A DNA stretch of 64,000 nt from an uncultured bacterium (GCA_963722385.1 CAVRKK010000002.1:928001-992000), one strand, 5' to 3'. Positions 30,898 through 41,732 are shown, counted from the first letter of the stretch. A program made the numbers and translations. Notes: generated by a model not told the origin, from the letters alone.

Positions 30898-32082
30898 TTA
30901 TTTTGAATAACGAATGTCGATGCTGCTTGCCATATCACCATAGAGTCTTGCCAGCAATACTGCATACGGCGATTGAGTAATATGCGTACTGTTTTCTCGC
31001 GAGCTACATGGCAAGGGATCTTTTTTGTCTCGTAACGTGCTTTGAATTGTTTGGTAGGCCGCTCTTTCTTCCAGGGTCTCGTTATGGTCATGAGCGAGGG
31101 CGGTGGCTCTTTTATAAGCTGCTTCTCTATCAAGGGTAAGCCCGTAGGTTGAGGCGATTTCTAAAATGAGTTTTATGATTGATAGGTGGCCTTTAACGGT
31201 TGCTAGTAATAATGCCTTGTTTAAAAGAGCGACCCATGTATCTTTTTGAATTAGGGTGGGCAAAAAATGTTCTGAGATGGTCTTAATAACGTCTACTTGA
31301 TTATTTAAAGCCGCTCTAATAAAGCCTTTCATGAAAATTTCGCCAGTTAAGTTGATGCTTATGCTTTTTTGTAAAGCATGATTGACAAAGTTAAGATTTC
31401 CTTGGGCGCAAGCGATCAAAATGAGCTCGCAAAGGTTGCCATGTGCTGAAATGACTTCTTTCCAGGAGTTTTCTACGTCTAGTCGGCGTAGACTTGTTCC
31501 TTCGAGGTCTTCGGGGAGGATTAACAAGGTAATTTTGCTTTTAAGATGATTGAGCATGCTATTAGGAAACTCAAGCGCATCATCATTTTTTAAAACGACC
31601 CAACTTATACTATCATCTTCAATTTTATTGCTTTCTTGATCTGATGGAGTACCATATTGTAAAAACAAGCGCAAGAGAGCTGGTTCCTGGTGATTTATAA
31701 TGCATCGAAAGATAGCGTTCGGTATGGTTGCCCCGTGCTCAAGAAGCAGTGTCATTACCTCATCAATAGTTGCGGCATTAGCGTATCGGTTTTGTTGCTC
31801 ACGTAAAGAAAATCTTGCATAAAGAACTTTAAGCAAGAGACTTTCACCTGCACGTTTTGTATTTGGGTTAGCGCCGTCGTTAAGAGCTTGGCGAACTTTA
31901 GTAAGAATAACCGACCAGGAAGGTTGGTTATCTAATGCACAACAAAGCATAATATTCGCAAGGTCAGCTTTTTTCCATAGCTCAAGAGCGTCTTTGTTAT
32001 CTTCAGGGGCTTCCATGCCATAACACATGCTGAAAAAGCTTAGAAAGCAGAGCGAGCAAACAAGAGAGCCAACTTTGAACAA
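30898..32082 (-). CDS. Secreted ankyrin-repeat protein
   Basis: Signal peptide (...CYG-ME), ALNDGANPN, LLLEHGA, ALLLATVKGHLSIIKLIL. Confidence 0.8.
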   Translation of the reverse strand: MFKVGSLVCSLCFLSFFSMCYGMEAPEDNKDALELWKKADLANIMLCCALDNQPSWSVILTKVRQALNDGANPNTKRAGESLLLKVLYARFSLREQQNRYANAATIDEVMTLLLEHGATIPNAIFRCIINHQEPALLRLFLQYGTPSDQESNKIEDDSISWVVLKNDDALEFPNSMLNHLKSKITLLILPEDLEGTSLRRLDVENSWKEVISAHGNLCELILIACAQGNLNFVNHALQKSISINLTGEIFMKGFIRAALNNQVDVIKTISEHFLPTLIQKDTWVALLNKALLLATVKGHLSIIKLILEIASTYGLTLDREAAYKRATALAHDHNETLEERAAYQTIQSTLRDKKDPLPCSSRENSTHITQSPYAVLLARLYGDMASSIDIRYSK

Positions 32083-32177
32083 AAATATAGCTCCTCCGGA
32101 AAGGTTTGAGTTATACCTGTAAAGTATTATGTTCTCGCAAAATTTGCAAAAATACCAAATCTTAAGACTGGTGAACG

Positions 32178-32717
32178 ATGGTTAATAAAAGAAATGGGAA
32201 TAAGCGTGTGGTATACACCATTGGTCACTCGACGCATACCCAGGAACAATTTATTGCTATTTTTAAGCATTACGGCATTAAGCAGGTCGTAGACATACGA
32301 ACGATTCCTCGATCACGGCATAACCCACAGTTTAACCGCGATGTTTTGGGGCATGCGCTGCGCAATAAGCACATTGGTTATAGGCATATGAAAGGGCTGG
32401 GGGGCCTGCGCCATACGTCATCCAATTCTCTTAATACAGCCTGGCGCAATAAGTCATTTCGAGGCTTTGCTGATTATATGCAAACACCAAAATTTGCTCA
32501 AAGCTTAGAGAAACTTATCGATATCGCACATCGTAAGCCTACGGTAATCATGTGTGCCGAAGCAGTCCCCTGGCGCTGCCACCGGTCATTGATAGGTGAT
32601 GCTCTCTTGGCCCATGGCATTGCTGTAATCGATATTTTTAGCGAGACTGAGGCAAAAGAGCATAAACTTACACCCTGGGCATCTATTAATAATCATAGGA
32701 TTAGCTATCCCGGATAA
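32178..32717 (+). CDS. DUF488 family protein
   Basis: YTIGHS, DIRTIPRSR, LGG, MCAEAVPWRCHRSLI. Confidence 0.93.
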   Translation: MVNKRNGNKRVVYTIGHSTHTQEQFIAIFKHYGIKQVVDIRTIPRSRHNPQFNRDVLGHALRNKHIGYRHMKGLGGLRHTSSNSLNTAWRNKSFRGFADYMQTPKFAQSLEKLIDIAHRKPTVIMCAEAVPWRCHRSLIGDALLAHGIAVIDIFSETEAKEHKLTPWASINNHRISYPG

Positions 32718-32725
32718 AGCTGTAC

Positions 32726-33814
32726 TTAGGCAAGATGATGCGCATAAATTAAATAATTTTCTATAAAAGGCATCAGCTCCCCATCCAAAACAAGCTCTGG
32801 CTGTGGTGATTCTAAATCAGTTCGATGGTCTTTGACCATTTTGTAGGGGTGCAGTATATAGGAGCGTATCTGGGATCCCCATTCTATATTTTTTTTCTCA
32901 ATGGCAGCAACTTTTGCGTGAGCCTCTTCTTTTTGCTTTTGCTTGAGCTTGGCAAAAAGCATCTTCATAGCAGTTTCTTTATTCTGAAGCTGTGATCGTT
33001 CGCTTTGGCATTGTACAACAATATTGGTTGGTAAGTGGGTAATGCGTACTGCTGAATCTGTCTTGTTAACATGCTGACCGCCAGCACCACCAGCACGATA
33101 GGTATCAATGCGTAGGTCTTTAGAATCGATGGTCACTTCGCTTTCTTGCGCTTCAGGGATGACAAAAACGCCAGCAAACGAAGTATGGCGTCGCTTATTT
33201 GCATCAAAAGGTGATACGCGCACTAAGCGGTGAATGCCATGCTCGCCTTTGAGCAGCCCATATGCATTTTTGCCTTTAATAAAAAGGGTAGCTGATTTGA
33301 TACCCGCTTCCTCGCCCGGTTGGTAATCAACAACGTGAACATTCAGCTTTTCTTTTTCACAAAACCGTAGATACATGCGGACGAGCATCTCAGACCAATC
33401 TTGTGACTCGGTGCCACCTGCGCCGGCATTCACGCTGAGGAAACAGTTGTTGTCGTCCTGTGGGTCGTCTAACAAAAGCGTTATTTTGAACCGCTCAACC
33501 TGCTTACAATGATTGATTACCTCAGGTTTGAGCGTTGCAAGTTCTGCTTCGTCATCGCGAAATAAGTTTATAAGGTCAGCCAGATCAGCATGGGCTTTAA
33601 TAATCTCATGATAAACGTCCCTCACCTGGCGCTCTTTCTGCAAAGCTTTTAACGTTTGTGCATGTGCAGGCGTATAAACGGCGCCTTCTTTTGCTGCCAA
33701 GGCAGAAAGGCGTTGAAATTCCGCTTCATGGCCTGATTGAAGCCAAAATGACTTAATGGTCTCGAGAGCTGGTTCGATTTTTTTTAAATTTTCTAATAGT
33801 TCATCAAATAACAC
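32726..33814 (-). CDS. prfB: Peptide chain release factor 2 (continuous ORF)
   Basis: AGAGGTESQDW, SPF tripeptide, GGQ, WGSQIRSY. Confidence 0.97.
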   Translation of the reverse strand: MLFDELLENLKKIEPALETIKSFWLQSGHEAEFQRLSALAAKEGAVYTPAHAQTLKALQKERQVRDVYHEIIKAHADLADLINLFRDDEAELATLKPEVINHCKQVERFKITLLLDDPQDDNNCFLSVNAGAGGTESQDWSEMLVRMYLRFCEKEKLNVHVVDYQPGEEAGIKSATLFIKGKNAYGLLKGEHGIHRLVRVSPFDANKRRHTSFAGVFVIPEAQESEVTIDSKDLRIDTYRAGGAGGQHVNKTDSAVRITHLPTNIVVQCQSERSQLQNKETAMKMLFAKLKQKQKEEAHAKVAAIEKKNIEWGSQIRSYILHPYKMVKDHRTDLESPQPELVLDGELMPFIENYLIYAHHLA

Positions 33815-33950
33815 GTGTAAATCCTCATTATTTACTTATAAGATTACCCCTCGGGGGTTTTTTGTCAATTGGTAGCCTACCATTAACACTTTTGTTCTTG
33901 AGTAGGGAAGAATATACTTAAGAAAATACATGGGATGGAGGAAATTTGGG

Positions 33951-34871
33951 ATGAAGATAAGAATACCAATTTTATGTTGCTTGTTCTTAATAGGCTTCCA
34001 AGATTTAGGTGCTGATAAGCAAGAAGATGCAAAAAAGCTCTATGTTGATTTTGATATCTCGATGGATAAGGGAAGTACTGAATATGAGAAAAAATTCGGA
34101 TCATCGAGGATCAACGCAGAAAAGCTTGAAATTTTAAAAAAGGTCTATGAAAAAAATAATCTTCTTCAGGTACTACCTCTCGAAGAGAAAAGTATGCATC
34201 CGAAGATTATTCATCAGATATGGGTTGGCTCTAAACCGCTTCCCGATAAGTACCGGAAGCTTATGGCGAGCTGGATTAAACATCATCCGGGGTGGCAGTA
34301 TAATCTTTGGACAAATAAGGACGTAGAAGGCCTCAAGCTCCATAACCACGCTTTATACAAAAGTACTCGTGATCCCATTGAAAAAGCGAATATTTTACGC
34401 TATGAGCTCCTCTACAAATATGGCGGCTTATATGTTGATATAGATACGAAGTGCTTAAAGTCGTTTAGTGCCCTGCGTGAACGCTATAATTTTTATACGG
34501 GTATATGCTCGACAGATTGTACGGCGATATTGAATAACGGCGTGATAGCATCTACTCCCGGTCATCCTATTATGCAACACTGCATTGAAACGATTATTGA
34601 TGATTGGCCAGGAGCCACCCGGTTTGAACGGACGGGAGTCCACCATTTTACCCGGTGCTTCTTTGATAAGCTCTTTGAGACACCAGGCGTAACGATTGCG
34701 CTCCCGGCTACCTATTTTTATCCTTTGAGTAAGTATTCGCATTATTCTTTGGCTTCTGCAAGCATAAGGCCAGAATCGTTTTCAATTCATTACTGGGCTA
34801 CCGTTTATAATGCGCGCAAATACACAATGAAAAAGCGAATCGATAAGCACAAGCGAAGAACTCATCGTTGA
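33951..34871 (+). CDS. Glycosyltransferase family 32 (OCH1/DxD) with signal peptide
   Basis: PKIIHQIWVG, NILRYELLYKYGGLYVDID, NGVIASTPGHP, HYW. Confidence 0.9.
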   Translation: MKIRIPILCCLFLIGFQDLGADKQEDAKKLYVDFDISMDKGSTEYEKKFGSSRINAEKLEILKKVYEKNNLLQVLPLEEKSMHPKIIHQIWVGSKPLPDKYRKLMASWIKHHPGWQYNLWTNKDVEGLKLHNHALYKSTRDPIEKANILRYELLYKYGGLYVDIDTKCLKSFSALRERYNFYTGICSTDCTAILNNGVIASTPGHPIMQHCIETIIDDWPGATRFERTGVHHFTRCFFDKLFETPGVTIALPATYFYPLSKYSHYSLASASIRPESFSIHYWATVYNARKYTMKKRIDKHKRRTHR

Positions 34872-34939
34872 TGCATGTGTTTTTTTTATAAATATGCTAT
34901 TATGAAAATATTGAGGGGCTAATACGCGATTGGGTTAGT

Positions 34940-35563
34940 ATGGTGATGCGAGGCAAACTTTTTATTATTTCGGGATCTTCAGGCGTTGGGAAGACAACGT
35001 TGGTAGGCACCCTTGTAGAAAGGGTAAAGCATGATTATTTATTGGAGCGCGTAATAACCTATACATCGCGCTGCCGGCGCCCCGATGAAATCGATGGGCG
35101 TGATTACCATTTTGTTACTCCTGATACATTTCATGCATACAATGAGCAGGGTTTTTTTATTGAATCGAGCACAGCATATGGTGCTTATTATGGCTCGCCT
35201 CACCATGAGCTTGATAAGCTTTCGGCCGGAATATCGCTCGTTATGATTGTGGATTTACAGGGTATGCATGAAATACAGGCACTGCATCCTGCTATTCCGA
35301 TTTGGCTAGCGCCACCGAGCATCGACGTGCTCGGAGACCGCTTATCAAAGCGAGGAGAGCGTGAGCAGCAGTCGCGCTTACAATTAGCTCATGAAGAGTT
35401 GGCCAAGGTGCAGAATAGTGGTCTCTTTAAACATATTATTATTAATGATGAGCAGAATAAAGCATTAGATGAACTGGAAGCTCTGATTCGTCATGAACTA
35501 GCCGCCAATATACCAATTCGAGATAAAATTGCTTTTCATGCTGAGCGTTTGCTCACCAAATAA
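34940..35563 (+). CDS. gmk: Guanylate kinase
   Basis: ISGSSGVGKTT, TSR.RRPDEIDGRDYHFV, YYGS. Confidence 0.93.
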   Translation: MVMRGKLFIISGSSGVGKTTLVGTLVERVKHDYLLERVITYTSRCRRPDEIDGRDYHFVTPDTFHAYNEQGFFIESSTAYGAYYGSPHHELDKLSAGISLVMIVDLQGMHEIQALHPAIPIWLAPPSIDVLGDRLSKRGEREQQSRLQLAHEELAKVQNSGLFKHIIINDEQNKALDELEALIRHELAANIPIRDKIAFHAERLLTK

Positions 35564-35715
35564 AGTGGGCAATTATCGCCGCTATATATTTGTTAAGTGC
35601 TTTGCAGGTTTCGTGAATACATTGCGCTTATCGATTTTTCACGAACATCGCTAAAAACATATTCCTATTTAACGATAGTTGTTGTATATCGAGTATAAAT
35701 AAATGTTTTTATAGG

Positions 35716-36627
35716 TCAAGCGGAAGCGGCTGGTCTTAAATAATCATGGCAGGAAACATAATCGTATCCATCTTTTTGAAAGTCCCTGATATAATTAAGG
35801 TCTCCAATATTAGCCCATTTCAAAGGTCTACGTAATATATGCTCCTTGTTTTGAGGATCGCTGACAAAGTTAAAATAAATTTCATATTCTGAACAACCTG
35901 AGTGATAAAGATGCTTATGGTCAAGAGATCTACACATTGCTTTCCAAAGTTCTACGTTATGGCTTTCTTGGGCTTTTTGCATAATTTTTTCAATCACAGA
36001 GCGTTGGAAAATCATGTGATGACTAATACTTGAGTCATTAGGGTAAACCCAGCGTAGGCTCGGGAGTAATTTTTGCATATGTGCAAAATAGTTTGGGTTA
36101 TAGCCAGATACTCCTTTATTGTAAAGCGCTCTTCCTTGATTGTCGAAAAAAGATACCGGTTTCAAAAAAATGGTATCTGCATCCAAAATCAGCACGTTAG
36201 ATAAAATATCGGGAATGACCACCGGCGCATAGAGCTTGAGTATCTGTTGATAAAGCCACCCAATACGTGATTCTGGATGTGTAATATATGCTGTTGCCTG
36301 CTCTTTATTTTGGAATATCTCAATGGCCAGATCAAATTTAGTGAAGGGAAAATTTTTTTCATCGAACCATTCTGCTTGCTCAGTAAGTTGCCTATTTGAT
36401 AGAATAATGATACGCCGTACGCCTTGGCCATAGTTGCGAATCCCGTCGATACAGAGGCCTAGGGTAAGTAAATCTTTATCAGTACAAGGAATCACAACGT
36501 CAATTTGTTCACCGTTACTAACCAAAGACTCTTTTTCTCTGTCTCCATGTAATGATCTATCTTGAGTATAAAATATACAACTTGCTAAGAAGGTGTATGT
36601 TATCAACAAAAAAATACCTTTTCTCAT
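35716..36627 (-). CDS. GT-A fold putative glycosyltransferase (DUF6492-like)
   Basis: IDVVIPC, GWLYQQILKL, LILDADTIF, HHMIF, SEYEIY; N-terminal hydrophobic anchor. Confidence 0.7.
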   Translation of the reverse strand: MRKGIFLLITYTFLASCIFYTQDRSLHGDREKESLVSNGEQIDVVIPCTDKDLLTLGLCIDGIRNYGQGVRRIIILSNRQLTEQAEWFDEKNFPFTKFDLAIEIFQNKEQATAYITHPESRIGWLYQQILKLYAPVVIPDILSNVLILDADTIFLKPVSFFDNQGRALYNKGVSGYNPNYFAHMQKLLPSLRWVYPNDSSISHHMIFQRSVIEKIMQKAQESHNVELWKAMCRSLDHKHLYHSGCSEYEIYFNFVSDPQNKEHILRRPLKWANIGDLNYIRDFQKDGYDYVSCHDYLRPAASA

Positions 36628-36861
36628 TTTTGCCCTCTTATGGTAGGTGCATTTATGAACACGTCTTGATCAAATAGACGGCGATCATATTATCAAAGTT
36701 TCTATCATTTTTATAGAGGCTTCCCTAGCTTATAGCCTCCATTTGCCCGTCATATGACTTTGCAATCCCACTGTTTTTTATGCTACTGATTATAAAGTTT
36801 GATATACTCATGTTGATTGTATTTGAAGAATACGCGATTCGTGCTAAAAATGGGGTGTTCC

Positions 36862-38610
36862 GTGAAGTTGAAAGAGCTACTGTTATGTTTAACTATCTTA
36901 TTTATTTCGTGTTACCAATCGATTGCTCACGATATAGTGACCATTGCTATTATTCCAAGAAATGAGCCATATTCATTGCCTTTATATCTTGCTTGTATTG
37001 AAAACCAGACATGGCCGAAGGAGAAAACCTATCTTTATATACGCTCAACGCATGATAATGATGAAATAAAAACTATTCTTCGCACATGGATTGATGCGGT
37101 GAAGGATCAGTATCTTGGGATTCACTTTGATGATAGCGAGATCCCTGCAAACATAGATGATAGTGGATGGAATCAGGCCGTTTTTGATGCTCGCGCCCGT
37201 ATTAATCAAGAGTCCGTTAATTGGGCATATGAGCATCAATCCTCCTATTGTGTAGTCAGTGGTGCTCATTTTATAACGCCGTCGACAATTGAATCACTGA
37301 TGAGGTTGCAATTACCAATTGTTGCACCTTTGTTAAAAACCGAAACAAATATGTATTCAAATTACCATGCTGAGATCGATGTAAACGGGTATTATAAAGA
37401 TTGCCCTTTATATTACCAATTGTGGAATCAAGAAATTAAAGGGCTTATTGGGGTTCCTGTCGTACATAGTACCTATCTCATAAGACATGATATGTTGCCA
37501 CATATGTCATTTGCTGACAACAGCAATCGTTATGACTATGTTATTTTTAGTGATAATGCTCGCAAAAATAACATACCACAATACATCGATACACGCGAGG
37601 TGTATGGATGTATAATTTTTGCTCAAGATGGATATGCGTTTGCTAGCCAAGCCTCGAATTGTAATCTCAAAGGTCTTCGATCTGTTGCGGAAAGCATAAA
37701 TAAGCGCATTGAGAATACCGTCTTTTTGTTAAACATATTAGCACAAGAGCAATGTGCGAAAATTTACGCAAGCGATTTTTTTACTAACCATCCTGACGTT
37801 TTTGGCGAGGAAGAGTTCCTTAAAGAATATATTATGCAGTTTCCCTTTGAGCTCTATGAACTGCATAAGGTTACGAACCATGGCGATTTTTTTCTTGATA
37901 AAGGTGGCGATATAATCAAGCGAATCTTGAGACGGAATATTATTTGGGAACCGGTAAATGGTGAGCTTATAAAGAAATTTAGTCGGGAGGGATCTGTTGT
38001 TGTGGATATCGGCGCCCACATCGGCACTCACGTAATTTCTATGTCAAATTGTGTCGGTGCCCAAGGTAGCGTATGGGCATTTGAGCCTCAGCGAAAAATT
38101 TACCGAGAACTTGTGATGAATCTAGCGCTTAATAAACTGAACAATGTCAAAACAAAGCGATGTGCATTGGGCAATGAAACAAAAACTATTGCCATGTGTC
38201 CTGCAAGTCAGCCACTTTCCTCTAATGAAGGTTCCACCCATGTATGTACCGAGAGCACGGGCATAGAGCAAGATGTTGCAGAAATGAGAACACTCGACAG
38301 TTTCAACTTAACCAACGTTTCCTTTATGAAAATTGATGCCGAGGGTTCAGAGGATCAGGTGCTTGAAGGAGCACGGGAAACAATTATGCGTAATCGCCCG
38401 GTTATGATTATAGAGATTTGTGGTAATTTTGTTTTTGATCAAGCCCCTCCTGATATTAAGTGCAGGATACGAGCAACCAAAGGTAAGCTCAAAGCTATGG
38501 GCTACAACGTAACCCATATATCAGACGCTGATTACTTGGCGATCCCACGTGAAAAAGCATCAGAAATATTGGGAACGCTGGCTCAAATTTCTGAGCATAT
38601 CGTCGAATAG
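36862..38610 (+). CDS. Secreted COLGALT/PLOD-like GT-A domain fused to FkbM-family methyltransferase
   Basis: Signal peptide; IVAPLL..YSNY..GYYK..VPVVHSTYLI; then DIGAHIG, AFEP, KIDAEGSE. Confidence 0.8.
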   Translation: MKLKELLLCLTILFISCYQSIAHDIVTIAIIPRNEPYSLPLYLACIENQTWPKEKTYLYIRSTHDNDEIKTILRTWIDAVKDQYLGIHFDDSEIPANIDDSGWNQAVFDARARINQESVNWAYEHQSSYCVVSGAHFITPSTIESLMRLQLPIVAPLLKTETNMYSNYHAEIDVNGYYKDCPLYYQLWNQEIKGLIGVPVVHSTYLIRHDMLPHMSFADNSNRYDYVIFSDNARKNNIPQYIDTREVYGCIIFAQDGYAFASQASNCNLKGLRSVAESINKRIENTVFLLNILAQEQCAKIYASDFFTNHPDVFGEEEFLKEYIMQFPFELYELHKVTNHGDFFLDKGGDIIKRILRRNIIWEPVNGELIKKFSREGSVVVDIGAHIGTHVISMSNCVGAQGSVWAFEPQRKIYRELVMNLALNKLNNVKTKRCALGNETKTIAMCPASQPLSSNEGSTHVCTESTGIEQDVAEMRTLDSFNLTNVSFMKIDAEGSEDQVLEGARETIMRNRPVMIIEICGNFVFDQAPPDIKCRIRATKGKLKAMGYNVTHISDADYLAIPREKASEILGTLAQISEHIVE

Positions 38611-38760
38611 TTATGGCCAAAATGAGTGCCGCTAGCCGAATGAAGCTTCTCGGCGAGTCCGTCTTGCGCCAAAGCGCAGACTTTATGCACAATTCAAAAG
38701 AAATTATGGGATCTTATCATGTTGGTGATGCTTTAGAGAAGCACGGATAGCGGTTAAGAA

Positions 38761-39489
38761 ATGCGCAAGAAACAATTATTCTCGCTTTGCTTTGCTCTTG
38801 TTTGCCTAGCAGGAACTATTATCTTTAGATCAGTGGGCGATGCAGCCGTTCAGCTTGATGGCAACATTACAAAAATACTGTTTATTCGTCATGGGCAAAC
38901 AGATGGGAATATTGAGGAAAGAGTTGAGGGCAGTGGCTCAGATACACCGGTCAATGCCGTTGGCAAAGAGCAAGCGTATAAGGTTGCGCAGCTTTTAAAA
39001 CAACGAGGCGACAAAATTGACGCGCTGTATTCTTCAGACCTAAAGCGCGCTCGAGAAACGGCCAGTTTTATCGCCAAAGCGTTTTGGTTGCCGGTAATTC
39101 TTGACTCACTCCTGCGTGAAAGAAATATGGGCGATGCAGAGGGCATGCTTGAGAAAGATTTTGAAGCTCGGTACGCACCAGCTCAAGCTGCCCTAGCACA
39201 GCGTTATCCTGATCGATGGGAACGCTGGCATCATACGCCTATAAATCATGCTGAGACAAATGCTGAAGTGCTCAAGCGTATTGATCAGTTTATTAAAAAT
39301 ATCGTTAGAAAATATAGAGGCAAGACGGTTGCAGCAGTGACGCATGGCTTGGTGATCGGTATACTTATTGAACATCATACAGGATTAAGTGAGGATATTC
39401 GTAATTGCTCGATAGCGGAATTTTATTATGACCATACAACTAATTCTCTTATATTTAGGAGCATAACGAATATAGACAAGGTCACGTAA
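38761..39489 (+). CDS. Histidine phosphatase (PGM superfamily) with N-terminal signal/anchor
   Basis: RHGQT, YSSDLKRARETA, LRERNMG, VTHG. Confidence 0.92.
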   Translation: MRKKQLFSLCFALVCLAGTIIFRSVGDAAVQLDGNITKILFIRHGQTDGNIEERVEGSGSDTPVNAVGKEQAYKVAQLLKQRGDKIDALYSSDLKRARETASFIAKAFWLPVILDSLLRERNMGDAEGMLEKDFEARYAPAQAALAQRYPDRWERWHHTPINHAETNAEVLKRIDQFIKNIVRKYRGKTVAAVTHGLVIGILIEHHTGLSEDIRNCSIAEFYYDHTTNSLIFRSITNIDKVT

Positions 39490-39776
39490 ATTTTGGCTTC
39501 GATTCAATTTTAAGCATCGGGTGGGTATTTTTAAAAAACTCTTCTGGGTTAAATTGTTGAATTTGTGCTTGATCGAGTTGAAGCTCTTTGAGGTTGGTTA
39601 ATAATAAAAGTGGCTCTAGGCTAGCAAGAGGATTATCAAAAGCCTCGTAAGACCCCTTAAGATAGAATGTTAATAGGGATAAAATATCATATTAAAAACA
39701 AATAAGCAATAACACGAGATGGCGGCAAAAGTTTTGTTTCTAAGAGAATGTCGAGAATGTCAAAAGCAGCTTGTCG

Positions 39777-40682
39777 TTAAAAATACCAGCCGAGCAGCCC
39801 AAACCAGGTGAACTCTTGTGCTACACTATTGAACGATCCTATGAATCCTGTCTCAAGAGATAAAGCTCGTTGTGCATTATAATATGAATAGGTGGCATAG
39901 AGGGAGGTGTAATTTTCTGCTGGTATTTTGGTGCGCTGATCGAGAGACTTGAATAACTGACGGGTTATAAAGGTGGGATTATAGCCACATTCAAAATGAT
40001 GGCCATAAGAACGGTAATGAAGGAGTAAAAGAACATCAAGTACATTTCCTGGGTCATAAAATACTTGAGTAGTCTTGTCTTTGCGCGCAAATCCATGAAG
40101 CCAACGAGTGATAAAGCCACAAAAGAAGTCTGCTTCTTTCGACCTAATAAAATCATAGGCGAATTCTATGACAGGGCCAGCATGCAGTGTTCGGGTTCCC
40201 AGAAGAATTTGTTCGTCATGGGCGAGCTCCAAAAAAGTGGGGATACCAATCAGACCATGAATAAGAAGCTGGGCTTTCCCTTTTTTATCAAGCAGGAAAT
40301 TGTAGCCACCATCTATAAGAAAATCATCAAACCCAGAACGGGACTTTTTGACATGCTGCTTCCCTTGTTTAAGATGAAGACTTTCTTTGCCAGCGCCAGC
40401 GATAAATTCTACCCAGAGATGTTTATGGGTAAGCCTCAGGGAGCCAATCGAGCCCGCAAAGAAACGGTTTTCAAATCCTCCGGGCAGCCGCTTGTTAAAA
40501 GTGGTAATAATAGGCGATATCGAAACTTTGTCCGGAAAGCCGGGCGGCTCGGCATAATACTCATTGTGAAGATAAAGCTCATAAAGATAGGTGTCTGATA
40601 TGGCTTGACAGGCGAGGTTGAACCCTAGTATAAGCAAGCTTCCGCTGAGGTTTCGGTACAAATTTTTATTTTTTGTGTGCAT
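39777..40682 (-). CDS. Putative outer-membrane beta-barrel protein, family member 1
   Basis: Signal peptide, amphipathic strands, ends GWYF; shares motifs with 48293-49183 and 57531-59189. Confidence 0.6.
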   Translation of the reverse strand: MHTKNKNLYRNLSGSLLILGFNLACQAISDTYLYELYLHNEYYAEPPGFPDKVSISPIITTFNKRLPGGFENRFFAGSIGSLRLTHKHLWVEFIAGAGKESLHLKQGKQHVKKSRSGFDDFLIDGGYNFLLDKKGKAQLLIHGLIGIPTFLELAHDEQILLGTRTLHAGPVIEFAYDFIRSKEADFFCGFITRWLHGFARKDKTTQVFYDPGNVLDVLLLLHYRSYGHHFECGYNPTFITRQLFKSLDQRTKIPAENYTSLYATYSYYNAQRALSLETGFIGSFNSVAQEFTWFGLLGWYF

Positions 40683-40892
40683 TATTGTATCTATTACCTG
40701 AAAGAGATAATTAATATTGTACCATAGCAAAAAAAATCAGGCAGCGATATAAAATTTTGCTTTGTTAGCTTAGCAAACGATTGGAGGCTTACGGGTCAAT
40801 TTATAGCTGATGCTCCATCTGGACGAGCACTTACGTAAAAAAGAATTATTTTGTAAACTATAATTAGTTACTTTTTTAAACTGACTTTATTA

Positions 40893-41732
40893 ATGAGGGT
40901 TATCATGTTTTCCTACCACAAAACAACGTTGAAGCTTATATTGGCAGTTTCCTTTCTCGCCAATGCTGAAACTCTTTTGTTTGAAACCAAGCACGAGCTC
41001 AGTATGCCGGGTGGCTTGGTTGCGTCTTCTGATTTTGAGAATGATGAAGTAACGATGATTTATCAAAATGGTCAACGCGTTAGTTATCCTCTACCAGTAG
41101 TATCACATGGGCCTAGGGGAATTGCGGTATCCGCAGATGGGAGGAGTCTAGCGGTTGCTAATATGGGGACCAATGACATAACAGTCTTTCAACTAACCGA
41201 GGGCGGGATCTTGGCAGCACCGGTGTCATTTCCCGTAGATGGCGAAGCTCCGGTAGCGTTGGCATTTTCACCTGATGGCAAGTATCTCGTAAGTGCCAAC
41301 AATGGTTCCCGTAGTCTAACGATTTTCAACGTCATATATTCTTCATTGTTAGCTAATGGTCTTTCCTACTCAATGCCCGTTCATAGCCCACAGCCAGGGT
41401 GGCTGGAATTTTCGGCAGATGGGAAATCTCTTTTAGTTGCAGAAAGCGCTTATTCGGAGGAGTTTATAGAATTTGCTGTAAGCGATGGCAGGCTTGCTTA
41501 TCAAGATAAGCATATGGCTGTTGGTCAAACTTTTAATACTGATTTGCTTGTTGGCATGGAGAAGCCTCTTGATGCTCATGATAAGCTTGCAACGTATCTT
41601 CGCGAGAAATTTGAGATGTTGAGCTGGGAGCAACAGCTGGCTCTTACTGTCGGCGTTACATGCATGCTTGGGATAACCCTGCTACTTGGGTGCCGCGAAT
41701 GCATGAAGGTTGTTAAGCAAAAAACTGAATAA
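40893..41732 (+). CDS. Lactonase-like beta-propeller protein with C-terminal TM
   Basis: Repeats P..hAhSpDG+.LhsAN.GS..hThF; signal peptide; hydrophobic C-terminal helix. Confidence 0.75.
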   Translation: MRVIMFSYHKTTLKLILAVSFLANAETLLFETKHELSMPGGLVASSDFENDEVTMIYQNGQRVSYPLPVVSHGPRGIAVSADGRSLAVANMGTNDITVFQLTEGGILAAPVSFPVDGEAPVALAFSPDGKYLVSANNGSRSLTIFNVIYSSLLANGLSYSMPVHSPQPGWLEFSADGKSLLVAESAYSEEFIEFAVSDGRLAYQDKHMAVGQTFNTDLLVGMEKPLDAHDKLATYLREKFEMLSWEQQLALTVGVTCMLGITLLLGCRECMKVVKQKTE

